Below, piece after piece: positions 17,354 through 26,426 of a stretch of DNA of 57,784 bases. The stretch lies in the IMG/VR virus record IMGVR_UViG_3300044742_000189, positions 1 through 57,784 of that record; one strand, given 5' to 3'. The stretch is from a virus. Its lineage: Duplodnaviria > Caudoviricetes. A model generated the notes under the pieces. The model ran no database searches. It worked only from the letters and a program-made list of their open reading frames with translations, and was not told the DNA's origin. Positions within the stretch are counted from its first letter, which is position 1. Each line of letters starts with the position of its first letter. The translations under genes were made by a program, and so were the position numbers.

Positions 17354-17859
17354 GTAACGCGGCGCACCAACTCCAGCGCGAGACAGAGGCGGCGCGGGTT
17401 CTGCGCGCCCAGATTTCTGCGCTTGATGGGGTGGATGAGGACACCATCCGCGACACCATCGAAGGCGAAACCAAGCTTGATTCGCTGATCGCCCAGGTGG
17501 TCGAGGATATCGCCATAGACAGCGCCAGCATCGACGGCATCAAGGCGCACATCGAAACCATGCGCGGCCGCAAGGAGCGGCTAGAGGCGCGGATTGAAAG
17601 CCGGCGCACGGCTGTTTTGATGGCCATGACCATGGGCGAGATCAAGAAGCTGGAGCTTCCTGTTGCCACGCTCAGCCGCAAGCCGGTGCCTCCGAAAGTC
17701 CAAGTTGTAGACGAGGCGCAAATTCCGTCCGCCTTCTGGAGGCGATCGGACCCAACCCTAGACAAGCGCGCATTACTCGACGCGCTCAAAGGCGAGCAAG
17801 TCATTCCTGGAGCCAGCCTATCAAACGGCGGCGAAACCCTTAGTCTGCGTTGGAGCTAA
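17350..17859 (+). CDS. Siphovirus Gp157-family protein
   Basis: DTIRDTIEGET, coiled coil, V.VVDEAQIP..FW, LDKRALLDALK...IPGA.L. Confidence 0.9.
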   Translation: MSNAAHQLQRETEAARVLRAQISALDGVDEDTIRDTIEGETKLDSLIAQVVEDIAIDSASIDGIKAHIETMRGRKERLEARIESRRTAVLMAMTMGEIKKLELPVATLSRKPVPPKVQVVDEAQIPSAFWRRSDPTLDKRALLDALKGEQVIPGASLSNGGETLSLRWS

Positions 17860-17863
17860 CACC

Positions 17864-18805
17864 ATGAATGCTACCGCCCAATGGTATGACAGCGAGAAGC
17901 AAGTAGCGCTCGTCAAGAAGACCGTTGCCAAGGATTGCGACCGCGACAGTCAGGGCCGCGACCTGCATCTAGGCGAGTTCGATTGGTTTTGCTCGATCTG
18001 CAAAAAGCTCAACCTCGACCCGCTGCGCAGGCAAATTTACGCCTTCGTCTTCAATAAAGACGACCCAAGCAAGCGCCAGCTGGTGTTTGTCATCGGGATC
18101 GGCGGTTATCGCGCCATAGCCGCACGAACGGGAGACTACCGCCCAGGCAGCAGCGAGATCGTCATAGACGAAAGACTGAAAGACCCAGCCACCAACCCCA
18201 TAGGTATCTCGCACGCCAAAGTGAGCGTTTTCCGGCATTCGCATGGCGAGTGGCACGAATTCTCTGACGTTGCCTATTGGGAAGAATTCGCGCCGCTAAA
18301 GGAGATTTGGGTAGACAACAAGCGCACCGGCAAGTTCCAGCTCGACCCCAAAAAAGATGGCTGGCGCAAGATGGGCCGGCTCATGATCGAGAAATGTGCC
18401 GAGGCAAAGACGCTGCGGCGAGGCTGGCCCGAGAACCTATCCGGCACCTATGGCGAGGAGGAACTGGACCGCCACAAGACGATCGAATTGACCGCAACGG
18501 AAATGGCGGCATCCGCAGAGCAAGCCGAGCGGCTGGCCAAACTCGGCGGCCCCAATCAGATCGCGGTGCAGTGGGAGCCGAACAAGCCGCTGGAGCGCGT
18601 CCAGGCAGGCAAATTTCACGACGCCGTTATGGAGTTCATCGGGAAGCACAAGGACCAGCCATCGGTTGTGATGATCTGGCGAAACATGAACACCATAGCT
18701 CTGCAGGACTACTGGGCACACGATAAAGACGCCGCGCTAAGCCTCAAGGTGGAGCTTGAGAAGGTAAACGCATCCATCGTGAATGTGTCCGAAGCAGCGG
18801 AGTGA
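17864..18805 (+). CDS. bet: Bet/RecT-family single-strand annealing protein
   Basis: LNLDPLRRQIY, IGIGGYRAIAARTG, W.KM..LMIEKCAEA.TLRRGWPE.LSG.YGEEE. Confidence 0.9.
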   Translation: MNATAQWYDSEKQVALVKKTVAKDCDRDSQGRDLHLGEFDWFCSICKKLNLDPLRRQIYAFVFNKDDPSKRQLVFVIGIGGYRAIAARTGDYRPGSSEIVIDERLKDPATNPIGISHAKVSVFRHSHGEWHEFSDVAYWEEFAPLKEIWVDNKRTGKFQLDPKKDGWRKMGRLMIEKCAEAKTLRRGWPENLSGTYGEEELDRHKTIELTATEMAASAEQAERLAKLGGPNQIAVQWEPNKPLERVQAGKFHDAVMEFIGKHKDQPSVVMIWRNMNTIALQDYWAHDKDAALSLKVELEKVNASIVNVSEAAE

Positions 18806-18808
18806 TCC

Positions 18809-19036
18809 ATGCTCTCCCTAGACACCATCAAAGCCATAGAGGCGGAGAAGAAGAGAAACCAGCGCTTGGCCGAGATCCAGCGCAAGCAACGGGCCTACCA
18901 GATCAGGCTGCTAGTTAGGGAGGGATACGGCGTCGATGATCTTATGCACGACCCGAAGGAAGGACCATCTAAGCCGTGGAAGTTGGGGTTGTCCCGCGAG
19001 GCGGCGCGGGCGGCTGTGTTCGGGGGGGGAAAGTGA
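18809..19036 (+). CDS. Hypothetical protein
   Basis: In operon, coupled to the next gene. Confidence 0.55.
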   Translation: MLSLDTIKAIEAEKKRNQRLAEIQRKQRAYQIRLLVREGYGVDDLMHDPKEGPSKPWKLGLSREAARAAVFGGGK

Positions 19037-19500
19037 CCGTCACTCATTGCCCCGAGTGCGGCTTCATCTTTGGTGGAGGGCGAAGCCTGCCGGATCTGCG
19101 GCGCTTCTTTGCCCTTCTCCGCGCCGCCCACATGCACTGGCCAGAAGATCACCCACTTATATCCAGTAACGAGGAGCAATTCCGTGCGCGTTTACTACTC
19201 GAGGCGGGACACGCCCATGTGGCAAAAGCTGAGATACCTGCGGGCTATGCGGAAAGCGAAGCGGACCGCAATTACTTCCGGGCAGCTGTCGACGGAGCTT
19301 TTAGAAGCGCTGACGGCAAGGCTCTATATCGTGAGCTGCGAGTGCGAGATGCTTCGCTGGAGATTATCACACCTAGAAGCATATCGTTCCGAGCAAGTCA
19401 GCAAAGGGAGTTCAACGCCGTTCGCGACTCCGTCGAGTCGATTATTGAACTAGCAACAGGGGTTCCCGTCGAGCAACTATTACGGGAGAAAGCAGCATGA
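19033..19500 (+). CDS. DUF1367/NinB-like recombination-associated protein
   Basis: RSLPDLRRFFALL, LLLEAGH and PRSISF...EFN motifs. Confidence 0.6.
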   Translation: MTVTHCPECGFIFGGGRSLPDLRRFFALLRAAHMHWPEDHPLISSNEEQFRARLLLEAGHAHVAKAEIPAGYAESEADRNYFRAAVDGAFRSADGKALYRELRVRDASLEIITPRSISFRASQQREFNAVRDSVESIIELATGVPVEQLLREKAA

Positions 19501-19709
19501 TCGAGCGCACAGCCAGAGAGAGCATGCCTGATCGCGAGCGCGAGAAACAAGATCGCAGGCTCATCAGCGTCATCAAGTCCGGCATGCATTACAGCAAGAT
19601 CTTAGCCACCTACCGCGTGACGGAAAGTCGGCTCAATAATCTTGCCAAGGCTCATGGGCTTACGATCGTGAAGTTAGGGAACAACAAGGGCGTGTGGGGG
19701 AAACCGTGA
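19497..19709 (+). CDS. Small HTH-like protein (paralog A)
   Basis: SKILATYRVTESRLNNLAKAHGLTI. Confidence 0.6.
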   Translation: MIERTARESMPDREREKQDRRLISVIKSGMHYSKILATYRVTESRLNNLAKAHGLTIVKLGNNKGVWGKP

Positions 19710-19939
19710 CAAGGACAGGACTATTATTCGCCGCCTCGAAGGGTACGCCGCGGACGGTCGAATCCATCCGCGCCCAAGCCCGGATGGAACACCGCGTCGT
19801 CGCGGCCCTGGAAAACCTTTGGACTTTATCCAGGATCATGGCTGTCTATAGGGTCAGCCCTGACTATGTCCGAGGCATAGCCGCCAAACACCATTTGACC
19901 GTCGAGAGGCCGTCAGACAATTGGGTGGGGCGGGAATGA
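19706..19939 (+). CDS. Small HTH-like protein (paralog B)
   Basis: SRIMAVYRVSPDYVRGIAAKHHLTV. Confidence 0.6.
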   Translation: MTRTGLLFAASKGTPRTVESIRAQARMEHRVVAALENLWTLSRIMAVYRVSPDYVRGIAAKHHLTVERPSDNWVGRE

Positions 19940-20340
19940 GCAGGGCGCGCATTCCATTCAAGACCAAGTTGGCGTCCGCGCTTCGAACGATGCTCGTCGA
20001 GGAAGACGGCAAGCTGGTGCCGTTCATTGACTACGAAACGGCAAAGCAAATGACCGAGGACCAGGTCATCAGCCTATTTCACTTTGACCACGATCCAAAA
20101 CCGAAGGCATTCGGCGGTTCAGACGAGCATCACAATCTAGTGCCGCGGCCGATTCTAGCGCACCGGATCAAGACGGCAAAAGTCGATCGGCCGCGAATCG
20201 CAAAGGCTGATCGCCTGTCCTCCAAACAAGAGGAATTCCGGCGTGTGTTGTTGGCGAAGGCCGGGCAAGGCGATGCTCAGCCGCAGCCGTGGCGTTCGCG
20301 CTTCAAGAAAAAGATAAACGGTCGAGCTGTCCTGAGATGA
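19936..20340 (+). CDS. HNH-type nuclease (nin-region)
   Basis: FDH...GGSDEHHNL...HRIKT. Confidence 0.65.
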   Translation: MSRARIPFKTKLASALRTMLVEEDGKLVPFIDYETAKQMTEDQVISLFHFDHDPKPKAFGGSDEHHNLVPRPILAHRIKTAKVDRPRIAKADRLSSKQEEFRRVLLAKAGQGDAQPQPWRSRFKKKINGRAVLR

Positions 20341-20652
20341 CTCCCGCCCTCACCATCATCGGCATCGCCCTATGGGGACAGCTCATATGCGGGCTTGTGG
20401 GGTTCGTGATCGGGCGCATCACGGCGAAGCGCGGGCCGTGTCGAATCGTTGAGGTCTACGAAGGCGAGGGGGTCCCATTCTGATGGGTGAGGTCGGACAC
20501 ATCGATTGGACGTGCGAGCACTGCCAGGCTCGACGCTTCACATGCTGCTATTGCGGCCACGAGGTGATTACAGATCACGATCCCGAAAGCGAGATGTGCG
20601 AGAGCTGCTTCCGGAAGCCACCGCCAGAATTGCCGAAACCAGAGACGAAGCC

Positions 20653-20838
20653 ATGAGCGTCAACCGCTGGCCATGGGTGGATTACCTCAACGAGGAAGAG
20701 ATCAACGATCTCCGCGCCACCGAGGCACATCTGCGGTGGGCGAGGCTACAGGCCGACGCAGCGCAGACGAGAAGGACAAGACTCGTCAATCTTGGAACGC
20801 AAAGAGCCAAGGCAGCAGCGGGGAAGACCGATGTCTGA
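20653..20838 (+). CDS. Hypothetical protein
   Basis: Short ORF overlapping the xis start. Confidence 0.5.
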   Translation: MSVNRWPWVDYLNEEEINDLRATEAHLRWARLQADAAQTRRTRLVNLGTQRAKAAAGKTDV

Positions 20839-21184
20839 GGCCGCCGCCAAGTACCTCACCGTGCAGGATTGTCTTGCCCGCTTACCAATCCGAATGAGTG
20901 AGCGAACGTTTCGCGATAAGGTGCGCAAGAACGGTTGCTGTCACGAGCACCGCAAGCAGATATTCTTGTCAGAGGAGCAATTCGCTACGTTCCTGGAGAC
21001 CTTGACCCCATGCGCAACATCCGCTCGACGCTCGCGCCGTACTGGCACAAAGGGCGCCGGAAATGGTATCCCCGCGGCACGTATCCGGTCAAAGACGAGA
21101 CCGGCCACATTGTTCGAAAACGAGGTTTCGTCGGCGCGGGCTCAGATTCGAAGGCTGTGTGCCAAGTCGACTGTGACCGCCTAA
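20831..21184 (+). CDS. xis: Excisionase-like HTH protein
   Basis: YLTVQDCLARL..MSERTFRDKVR wHTH; overlaps the int 5' end. Confidence 0.7.
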   Translation: MSEAAAKYLTVQDCLARLPIRMSERTFRDKVRKNGCCHEHRKQIFLSEEQFATFLETLTPCATSARRSRRTGTKGAGNGIPAARIRSKTRPATLFENEVSSARAQIRRLCAKSTVTA

Positions 21185-22101
21185 GCCGGGAATTCGAGGC
21201 CGAGGCGACCTCTGGCCCGCTTGAGCCGACATTTGCGGAAGCCGTCGCCACCTACCTGGGCACGGGCGGGGATAGGCGGTTCCTGGGCGAGACCGAGGAT
21301 GGTCCGACCAACCGGCTGCTGGATCAGCTTGGGCACGTCAGAGTGAATGATATCACCGATACGGTGATGGTGCATGCCGCCGCAGCGGTCTATCCCACGG
21401 CAACGCCGGCTACCATCAACCGGCAGTTATATACACCTGTCATTGCGGTGCTGAGGATGGCGGCGAAGGGCAGGCCGTGGAAGCCGGACCTGACCCGCCC
21501 CAGGGGGCATAGCGACATCAAGCCAGCCGAGGCGCCCCCGGATACATGGTTCAAGCCGCTGCTGCCCCAGTGTCGGCCGCAGCTCGCCGCCGTCCTGCTG
21601 TTCTGCACGACGTCTGGCAGGCGGGCCGGAGAGGCCATCAAGTGCCTGCCCAGTAGCTACGACCCAGAGAGGGGAACGGTTCTGATCGGGCGGGACAAGC
21701 GCGGCAACCCGATCTTGGTCCAGGTCGCCAAGCAGGTGCAGGAGGCACTTGGGTTCTACGATTGGAAGGCGGGGCCGGGGCTATTCGGCTACTACACCCC
21801 GAGGAACCGCCGCAACCTGTTCCGCGACCTCGAGGCGGCCTGCGAGCGCGCCGGGGTCAAATACTACACCCCACACAAAGTTGGCCGCCACGCCTTTGCC
21901 AAGCGCTTCCTGGAGGCAGGCTATTCGATCGCCCACCTGATGGGTGCTGGCGGCTGGGACGACCCCAAGATGCCCACCAAGTTGTACGGTCATTACGCCT
22001 ACTCAGAAGTTGCAGAGGACGCTAAAAAGGTTGGCGAGGCATTCCTGACCAAGATCGAGACCAGAGACAACGTGGTGGAATTGAAAAGATTGAAAAAGTA
22101 G
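21010..22101 (+). CDS. int: Tyrosine integrase
   Basis: TSGRRAGEA (R), TPHKVGRHAFA (HxxxR), GGW...KLYGH (W, Y); adjacent to attP. Confidence 0.93.
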   Translation: MRNIRSTLAPYWHKGRRKWYPRGTYPVKDETGHIVRKRGFVGAGSDSKAVCQVDCDRLSREFEAEATSGPLEPTFAEAVATYLGTGGDRRFLGETEDGPTNRLLDQLGHVRVNDITDTVMVHAAAAVYPTATPATINRQLYTPVIAVLRMAAKGRPWKPDLTRPRGHSDIKPAEAPPDTWFKPLLPQCRPQLAAVLLFCTTSGRRAGEAIKCLPSSYDPERGTVLIGRDKRGNPILVQVAKQVQEALGFYDWKAGPGLFGYYTPRNRRNLFRDLEAACERAGVKYYTPHKVGRHAFAKRFLEAGYSIAHLMGAGGWDDPKMPTKLYGHYAYSEVAEDAKKVGEAFLTKIETRDNVVELKRLKK

Positions 22102-22118
22102 AGGCCCTAGCGTCGACC

Positions 22119-22573
22119 ATGCTGCGTTGCCCCTGGACCTCTGAGCCGTGCGACTGCAAATTCAGGGGCGTTGATGAATGGCCCTGGCCGGCCGGCAACC
22201 GCGTGCCCAAGCGCTGTCAGGACCGCCTATCGCTGGTGCGGAAATCTCGCTCCATGCTGAACCCTCGGCGAGTGGAGAGGGTGGACTTTTGGGCGAAATG
22301 GGATGGACAGCCGTGCGCCTATTGCGGCAAGCCAATGGAGCTAGAAAATCCGTGGCGCAGACCGACGCGTGATCACGTGGTTCCGAGGAATAAGAAAAAG
22401 ATAGGGTCGAACGCGGCGTCCCATCCATTGTCATCGCTTGTTACTACTGCAACCAAAGCAAGGGGGACACGATGCTCGACGTATGGCAGGAAAGGTTGGC
22501 CGAGGAGGGCGACCCAAGGGCAGGCTGCGTACTTGCGTTCCTAAGAGATCGCCAAGCCAAGATCATAGCTTAA
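22119..22573 (+). pseudogene. HNH endonuclease split by a -1 frameshift near 22394..22400
   Basis: Frame 0: CAYCG...TRDHVVPR; -1 frame continues IVIACYYCNQSKG...GDPRA to TAA at 22573. Confidence 0.75.
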
Positions 22574-22599
22574 GTTGCAGATCGGAACCGTCTGAAATT

Positions 22600-22874
22600 T
22601 GGTGACAGAACGGTTACAAAACGAAGCCGCGTCGCTCCCCAATCATCGAAAACCCCTTATTTCTCTAGCTAAAGCGCTCCCTTGAGTGTCAGTTGCGCTC
22701 ACTCTTGGTAAGGGAGAGGTCGAGAGTTCAATCCCCTCCGGCAGCACCATCAAAACCCACGAAATACACGATATTTCTTGCGGTCTTGCCGATCTTGACC
22801 AAGGGCGACGCGGCGGGAACTGGTGATGAACACGTCGGGAACCCGCATTCATTGGTGGTGACAGATCGGTGACA
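22600..22874 (+). promoter_or_regulatory. Integrase arm-type sites flanking the att core
   Basis: TGGTGACAGAACGGTTACA (22600..22618) and TGGTGACAGATCGGTGACA (22856..22874), 17/19 identical, each a tandem GGTGACA repeat. Confidence 0.75.
22704..22749 (+). other. attP core: 3' part of tRNA-Thr(GGT)
   Basis: CTTGGTAAGGGAGAGGTCGAGAGTTCAATCCCCTCCGGCAGCACCA = anticodon loop, T arm, 3' acceptor strand, CCA; no 5' half. Confidence 0.9.
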
Positions 22875-22879
22875 CGAGT

Positions 22880-24961
22880 TCATTGTTTGTCTTCAGTCTC
22901 CGTAGTCAATTGCAGCACCCCGCCTGCTTCTAGCAAGCGCGCAAATTCCGCATTCGCCTCTTTGTTCGCGGGCAGGTTGGACACCGCGCTCCAGTAGGCC
23001 GCTCGCTGCTCTGCCATCGCCTCGCGCTTCGTCTCATAGCCTTCGCACCCGCCAGTGCATCCCAGGCATTCGTTCTCCTGCAAACACCACATCGGCATAG
23101 GGCATCCTCAGTTCTTATGGGCGGTCGCCAGAACGGCCTTAGCATGCGCCACGCTATCCCAGCACTCAGCCCGTCCGGGGTTCGGACTGAGGTTGTTGGT
23201 TTTCTCGTAGTCGTTCACGTCGTGCACCACTCGGCGTAGCGCGTCCTCAAGCTCTGCGATGCGCGCCGCTACCGATCCCATCGTGGAATTACGCAAAGCG
23301 TCGTAGGCGATGCGGCAGGCGAAGCTCTCGAATGGGCATCCGCTCTCATGGTCGTACTCGCCATCGGGGCCGGCAACGATCTTCTGTAGTGCCGCCTCCG
23401 CGATGCCGGCGCGGTCGAAAGCCACGAGCGCATCGAAACGGCGCTCGCCAGTCAGACGCATGTACTCTGCGAGCGCCTTGCTCTTCCACGCCTCGAGTGT
23501 CAGCATTTACCTCGGCTCCTAAATTATCTTCGTCGGTCGTCTGAGTGTGCGACGCCTTTTCTTCGCGCGCCCGCCCGTCCAGATGCGCCTCAAGATGAGC
23601 GGCGAACTCTTCCGCAGATGCCAGTAGAAGGACCCGACGTACACGCCACGGAAGCGACGCATGGAACGTCTCGGGTCTTGCGCCTCCTGCCACACGGTAA
23701 GCCGCTCCTGCATTGAAACCACCACCCCTTGCGGGCGACCTGTTGTCAGGTCTGGCGTACCCTGGGAAGAGGCCGGTGGCATATCTCCCTATCGCGCCGC
23801 GCCCGCATCTGCACTCGGTTGCCTTTGACGCGAAAATCAACCTCGTGAACTAGCGCACAATCACAGCACCGCATCCGATATCCGCGCATCTCTGGCCGAT
23901 ACCAGTCGGTCCAGCCAGCCTTGTCTATGCCGTGATCTTGGTAGCGCAACGCCCCGCTTCTCACTTAACCACGCGCAATCCGTGCGGGTTCGCCTTCGCG
24001 GCGCGCACCTTGCGCAATTTGATGAAATCCCATCCAACCGTCCCGGTTGGCTCGACGGTGAGCTCCCAACCCAGCGCCGCCGCAGCTCGCGAGATTGCTT
24101 CGCGGTTCTGGGTGTGCGCCATCGTGTCAATCTCAGCGACCATTCCCTCAGACATGCGCCACCAGATTTGGCCGAACTCGAACCCATGAACGAACGCGCG
24201 CTCTTCCGGCATCGTCGGATAGAGACCATCGAAGCTGACGATCAGTCCGTAGGTTGTCGCGTCCTCGGTCATCTCGTCACCTTGCGAATAAACCTGTCGA
24301 TTGAGGGGCCCACCGTGTAGCCGAGCAGCACCCCGAGCGTCATCCAGAACCACCACTCCACTGCGGCCTCCTCGTTATACAGTCTTGCCCAACGTCTCAC
24401 GCGCCTTGTCGAGCGCTTCCGCGAGCACCGCGCCGGTTTGCATGAAAGCCCATGTGCGCGATTTGCTGCCCATATCTGGCGCCTGCACCCTCTCCAGCAT
24501 CACGAGACTGCGGAGCGCCGACTGCAACTCGACGACGCGTCTCTCTAGCGCCGCAATGCGCTCGCGCGCCATATCGGCGGTCATCTTCCCACCGTGCGCT
24601 GGGTCAGTCGGGGCGCTGTCGTAGTCATAGCGCGCCGCCGCTGCTGCCTGGCACTTGCACGGGTGCCGCCCGGTGCTGTCGTGGTAGTAGCCAAGACCGG
24701 CGCAGACCATGCATGTTTGAGCGCTCAAGCGTCTCTCCTCCGCTACCGCTTCGACACGTCGCCGTAGATGCGCACGGCTACGAAGTCTCCGCTCTCCGCA
24801 TCGTAGCCCAGCTCGACGTTGCCGGAGCCCGCATATATCCGCCAGATGATGTTGCAGTCGCGTAGCAGCATCTCCGTGCGCTTCGGCGTATCGAACACAA
24901 TCACGCACGGTTCGAACGGCACATCGAAGTCCGGGATCGCCATGTCGTCGTTGTCGCGCAC
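22880..24961 (-). CDS. Leftward run of small hypothetical ORFs (22880..23098, 23108..23506, 23746..23964, 23961..~24272, 24375..~24583, 24743..24961)
   Basis: Coupled small ORFs, several with CxxC motifs; functions not recognisable. Confidence 0.55.
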
Positions 24962-24971
24962 GCCTGCCTCC

Positions 24972-25538
24972 CTAGTTCCTGGGTCCGAATTTCCGCCAAG
25001 CCTCGCGTGGGGTGAGGTCGAGCGCCTTCAAGGGCGCGCGGGTGTCCTCCCACGTTTTGAGCCTGCGGTTATTCCAGACCGCCTCTGCCTTTGCCCAATG
25101 CTCGGGCGGGAACGTCTTCAACGGCCGCCCTAGCCTGCCGTTGATGTGCGACCGCAGACCCCGGCCGTCCCGCGCAAGCTGCTCCGTCGCCAGCGCGATC
25201 AGCGCATAGCGATGCTCGTTGTTCGCGGTTGTGAGCCCTGAATCCACGTCTTTTATCATCCCGCCGCGCTTCTCGATCCTGGCCATGGCGTCCAGCAAGT
25301 CCTTGCGCCGGCCGCCCGCCTTCCGCTTCGACCTGGGGTCCGCCAGCAAAAACGTGTGGACAAGTTTGACCACCGTACCGCCGCGCACCAGCCGCTCTAA
25401 GTCTTCCCGCTTGTGGCCGCCCTTGATGCTGATGTCCATGATCGCCCGGACTCCATCGCGCTCTAGGCGCTCCCTCTGGCCTTTGGCCTTGAGGCGCCGA
25501 TGCTCGCGAACAACGCCAATGGCATCCACATCGTTCAT
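24972..25538 (-). CDS. Resolvase-fold protein lacking catalytic residues, with C-terminal GRP/HTH
   Basis: IGVVREH (cf. IGYARVS), LVRGGTVVKLVHTFLLA (cf. LR.GD.LVV..LDRL), KDLLDAMARIEKRGG, GRLGRP plus helical tail. Confidence 0.6.
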   Translation of the reverse strand: MNDVDAIGVVREHRRLKAKGQRERLERDGVRAIMDISIKGGHKREDLERLVRGGTVVKLVHTFLLADPRSKRKAGGRRKDLLDAMARIEKRGGMIKDVDSGLTTANNEHRYALIALATEQLARDGRGLRSHINGRLGRPLKTFPPEHWAKAEAVWNNRRLKTWEDTRAPLKALDLTPREAWRKFGPRN

Positions 25539-25546
25539 TACCGAAA

Positions 25547-25590
25547 TGTCTAACACAGGGGTTGACAACGTGTCAAGCACCCCTTATCTT
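25547..25590. promoter_or_regulatory. Overlapping divergent promoters around the palindrome TTGACA-ACG-TGTCAA (25562..25576)
   Basis: Rightward TTGACA-17-TATCTT; leftward TTGACA-18-TAGACA, 8 nt upstream of ATG 25538. Confidence 0.75.
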
Positions 25591-25618
25591 CGCATCACTG
25601 GACAACGGAGAAGACGCC

Positions 25619-26091
25619 ATGTTGACCGAGAGACAAGAGCAGGTTCTGAAGGCCGAGGTCTTCTACTTCGGCTATCGCCGGACCCCGAGCAAGGTCGTCA
25701 GCATGGTGCGCCTTGAGAGCAACTCGCAGTACATCGGTCGCGCTGAGTTGGTTGGGCCGCGCGGCGGCAGGTTCATCGCGTTCATCCGGCACGACGGGAC
25801 TGCCCGCAAAATATAGGAAAAATGCGGACCATGAACCGCGCCTTAGCCATCGACATCGTGAACGACATTCGGGCGCTCTCGCTCATTGAGCAGAAAGCAG
25901 AGCGCCTGGAGGCAGTTGTCGCCAATGCGGTAGCTGCGGAGCGCGAGGCGTGCGCCGCCGTCGCGGATCGCCAGACCGCAATGTATCGTGAGACGCTGGC
26001 GGCGATGGGCGACAGCATGATGAAAGAGCTTGCAGCAATCCGCGCGGAGACGGCGAGCCTTGTGGCGACCGCCATCCGCGCCCGGCACTAG
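25619..26091 (+). CDS. Two small hypothetical proteins (25619..25816, 25822..26091)
   Basis: GGAG SD; first genes of the rightward cassette; AEREACA motif common in phage ORFs. Confidence 0.6.
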
Positions 26092-26098
26092 AGGCCCG

Positions 26099-26356
26099 AT
26101 GGCTACGAACCAAAAGATCAGGCCGTGCCCGCAATGCGGCTCCGCCGATGATGTTGCCGTGTACAAGTACGATAACGGCTGGTGCTACGTAGAGTGCAAC
26201 AACGGCTTCAACGCGGTAGGCAAAAAGTCCTGCAGATACCTCGGGCCGGGCGAGGGCTCCGTCCGTCAGGCGATCAAGTCGCACAATGAGAAATGTCAGC
26301 TAACGCATCAACAGGAGGTCGGCGAGGTTGTGCGTCATGGCCCCGGATCATCGTGA
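26099..26356 (+). CDS. Lar-family restriction alleviation-like zinc-ribbon protein
   Basis: IRPCPQCG...YVEC...C...GP...AIKSHN pattern. Confidence 0.65.
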   Translation: MATNQKIRPCPQCGSADDVAVYKYDNGWCYVECNNGFNAVGKKSCRYLGPGEGSVRQAIKSHNEKCQLTHQQEVGEVVRHGPGSS

Positions 26357-26426
26357 GGAAAGGCCCGAAAGATGTACCCGTGGTACACAAACCGGGCGAA
26401 GGATAAACCAACCATGAGGCACCGCC

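Noticed and set aside
22680-22749. Complete tRNA gene
   Set aside because: No D arm or 5' acceptor strand (GCTGCCG) upstream; only the att core
24972-25538. Active DNA invertase/shufflon
   Set aside because: Catalytic Ser and DRxxR are absent; no invertible tail-fibre cassette with crossover sites was seen
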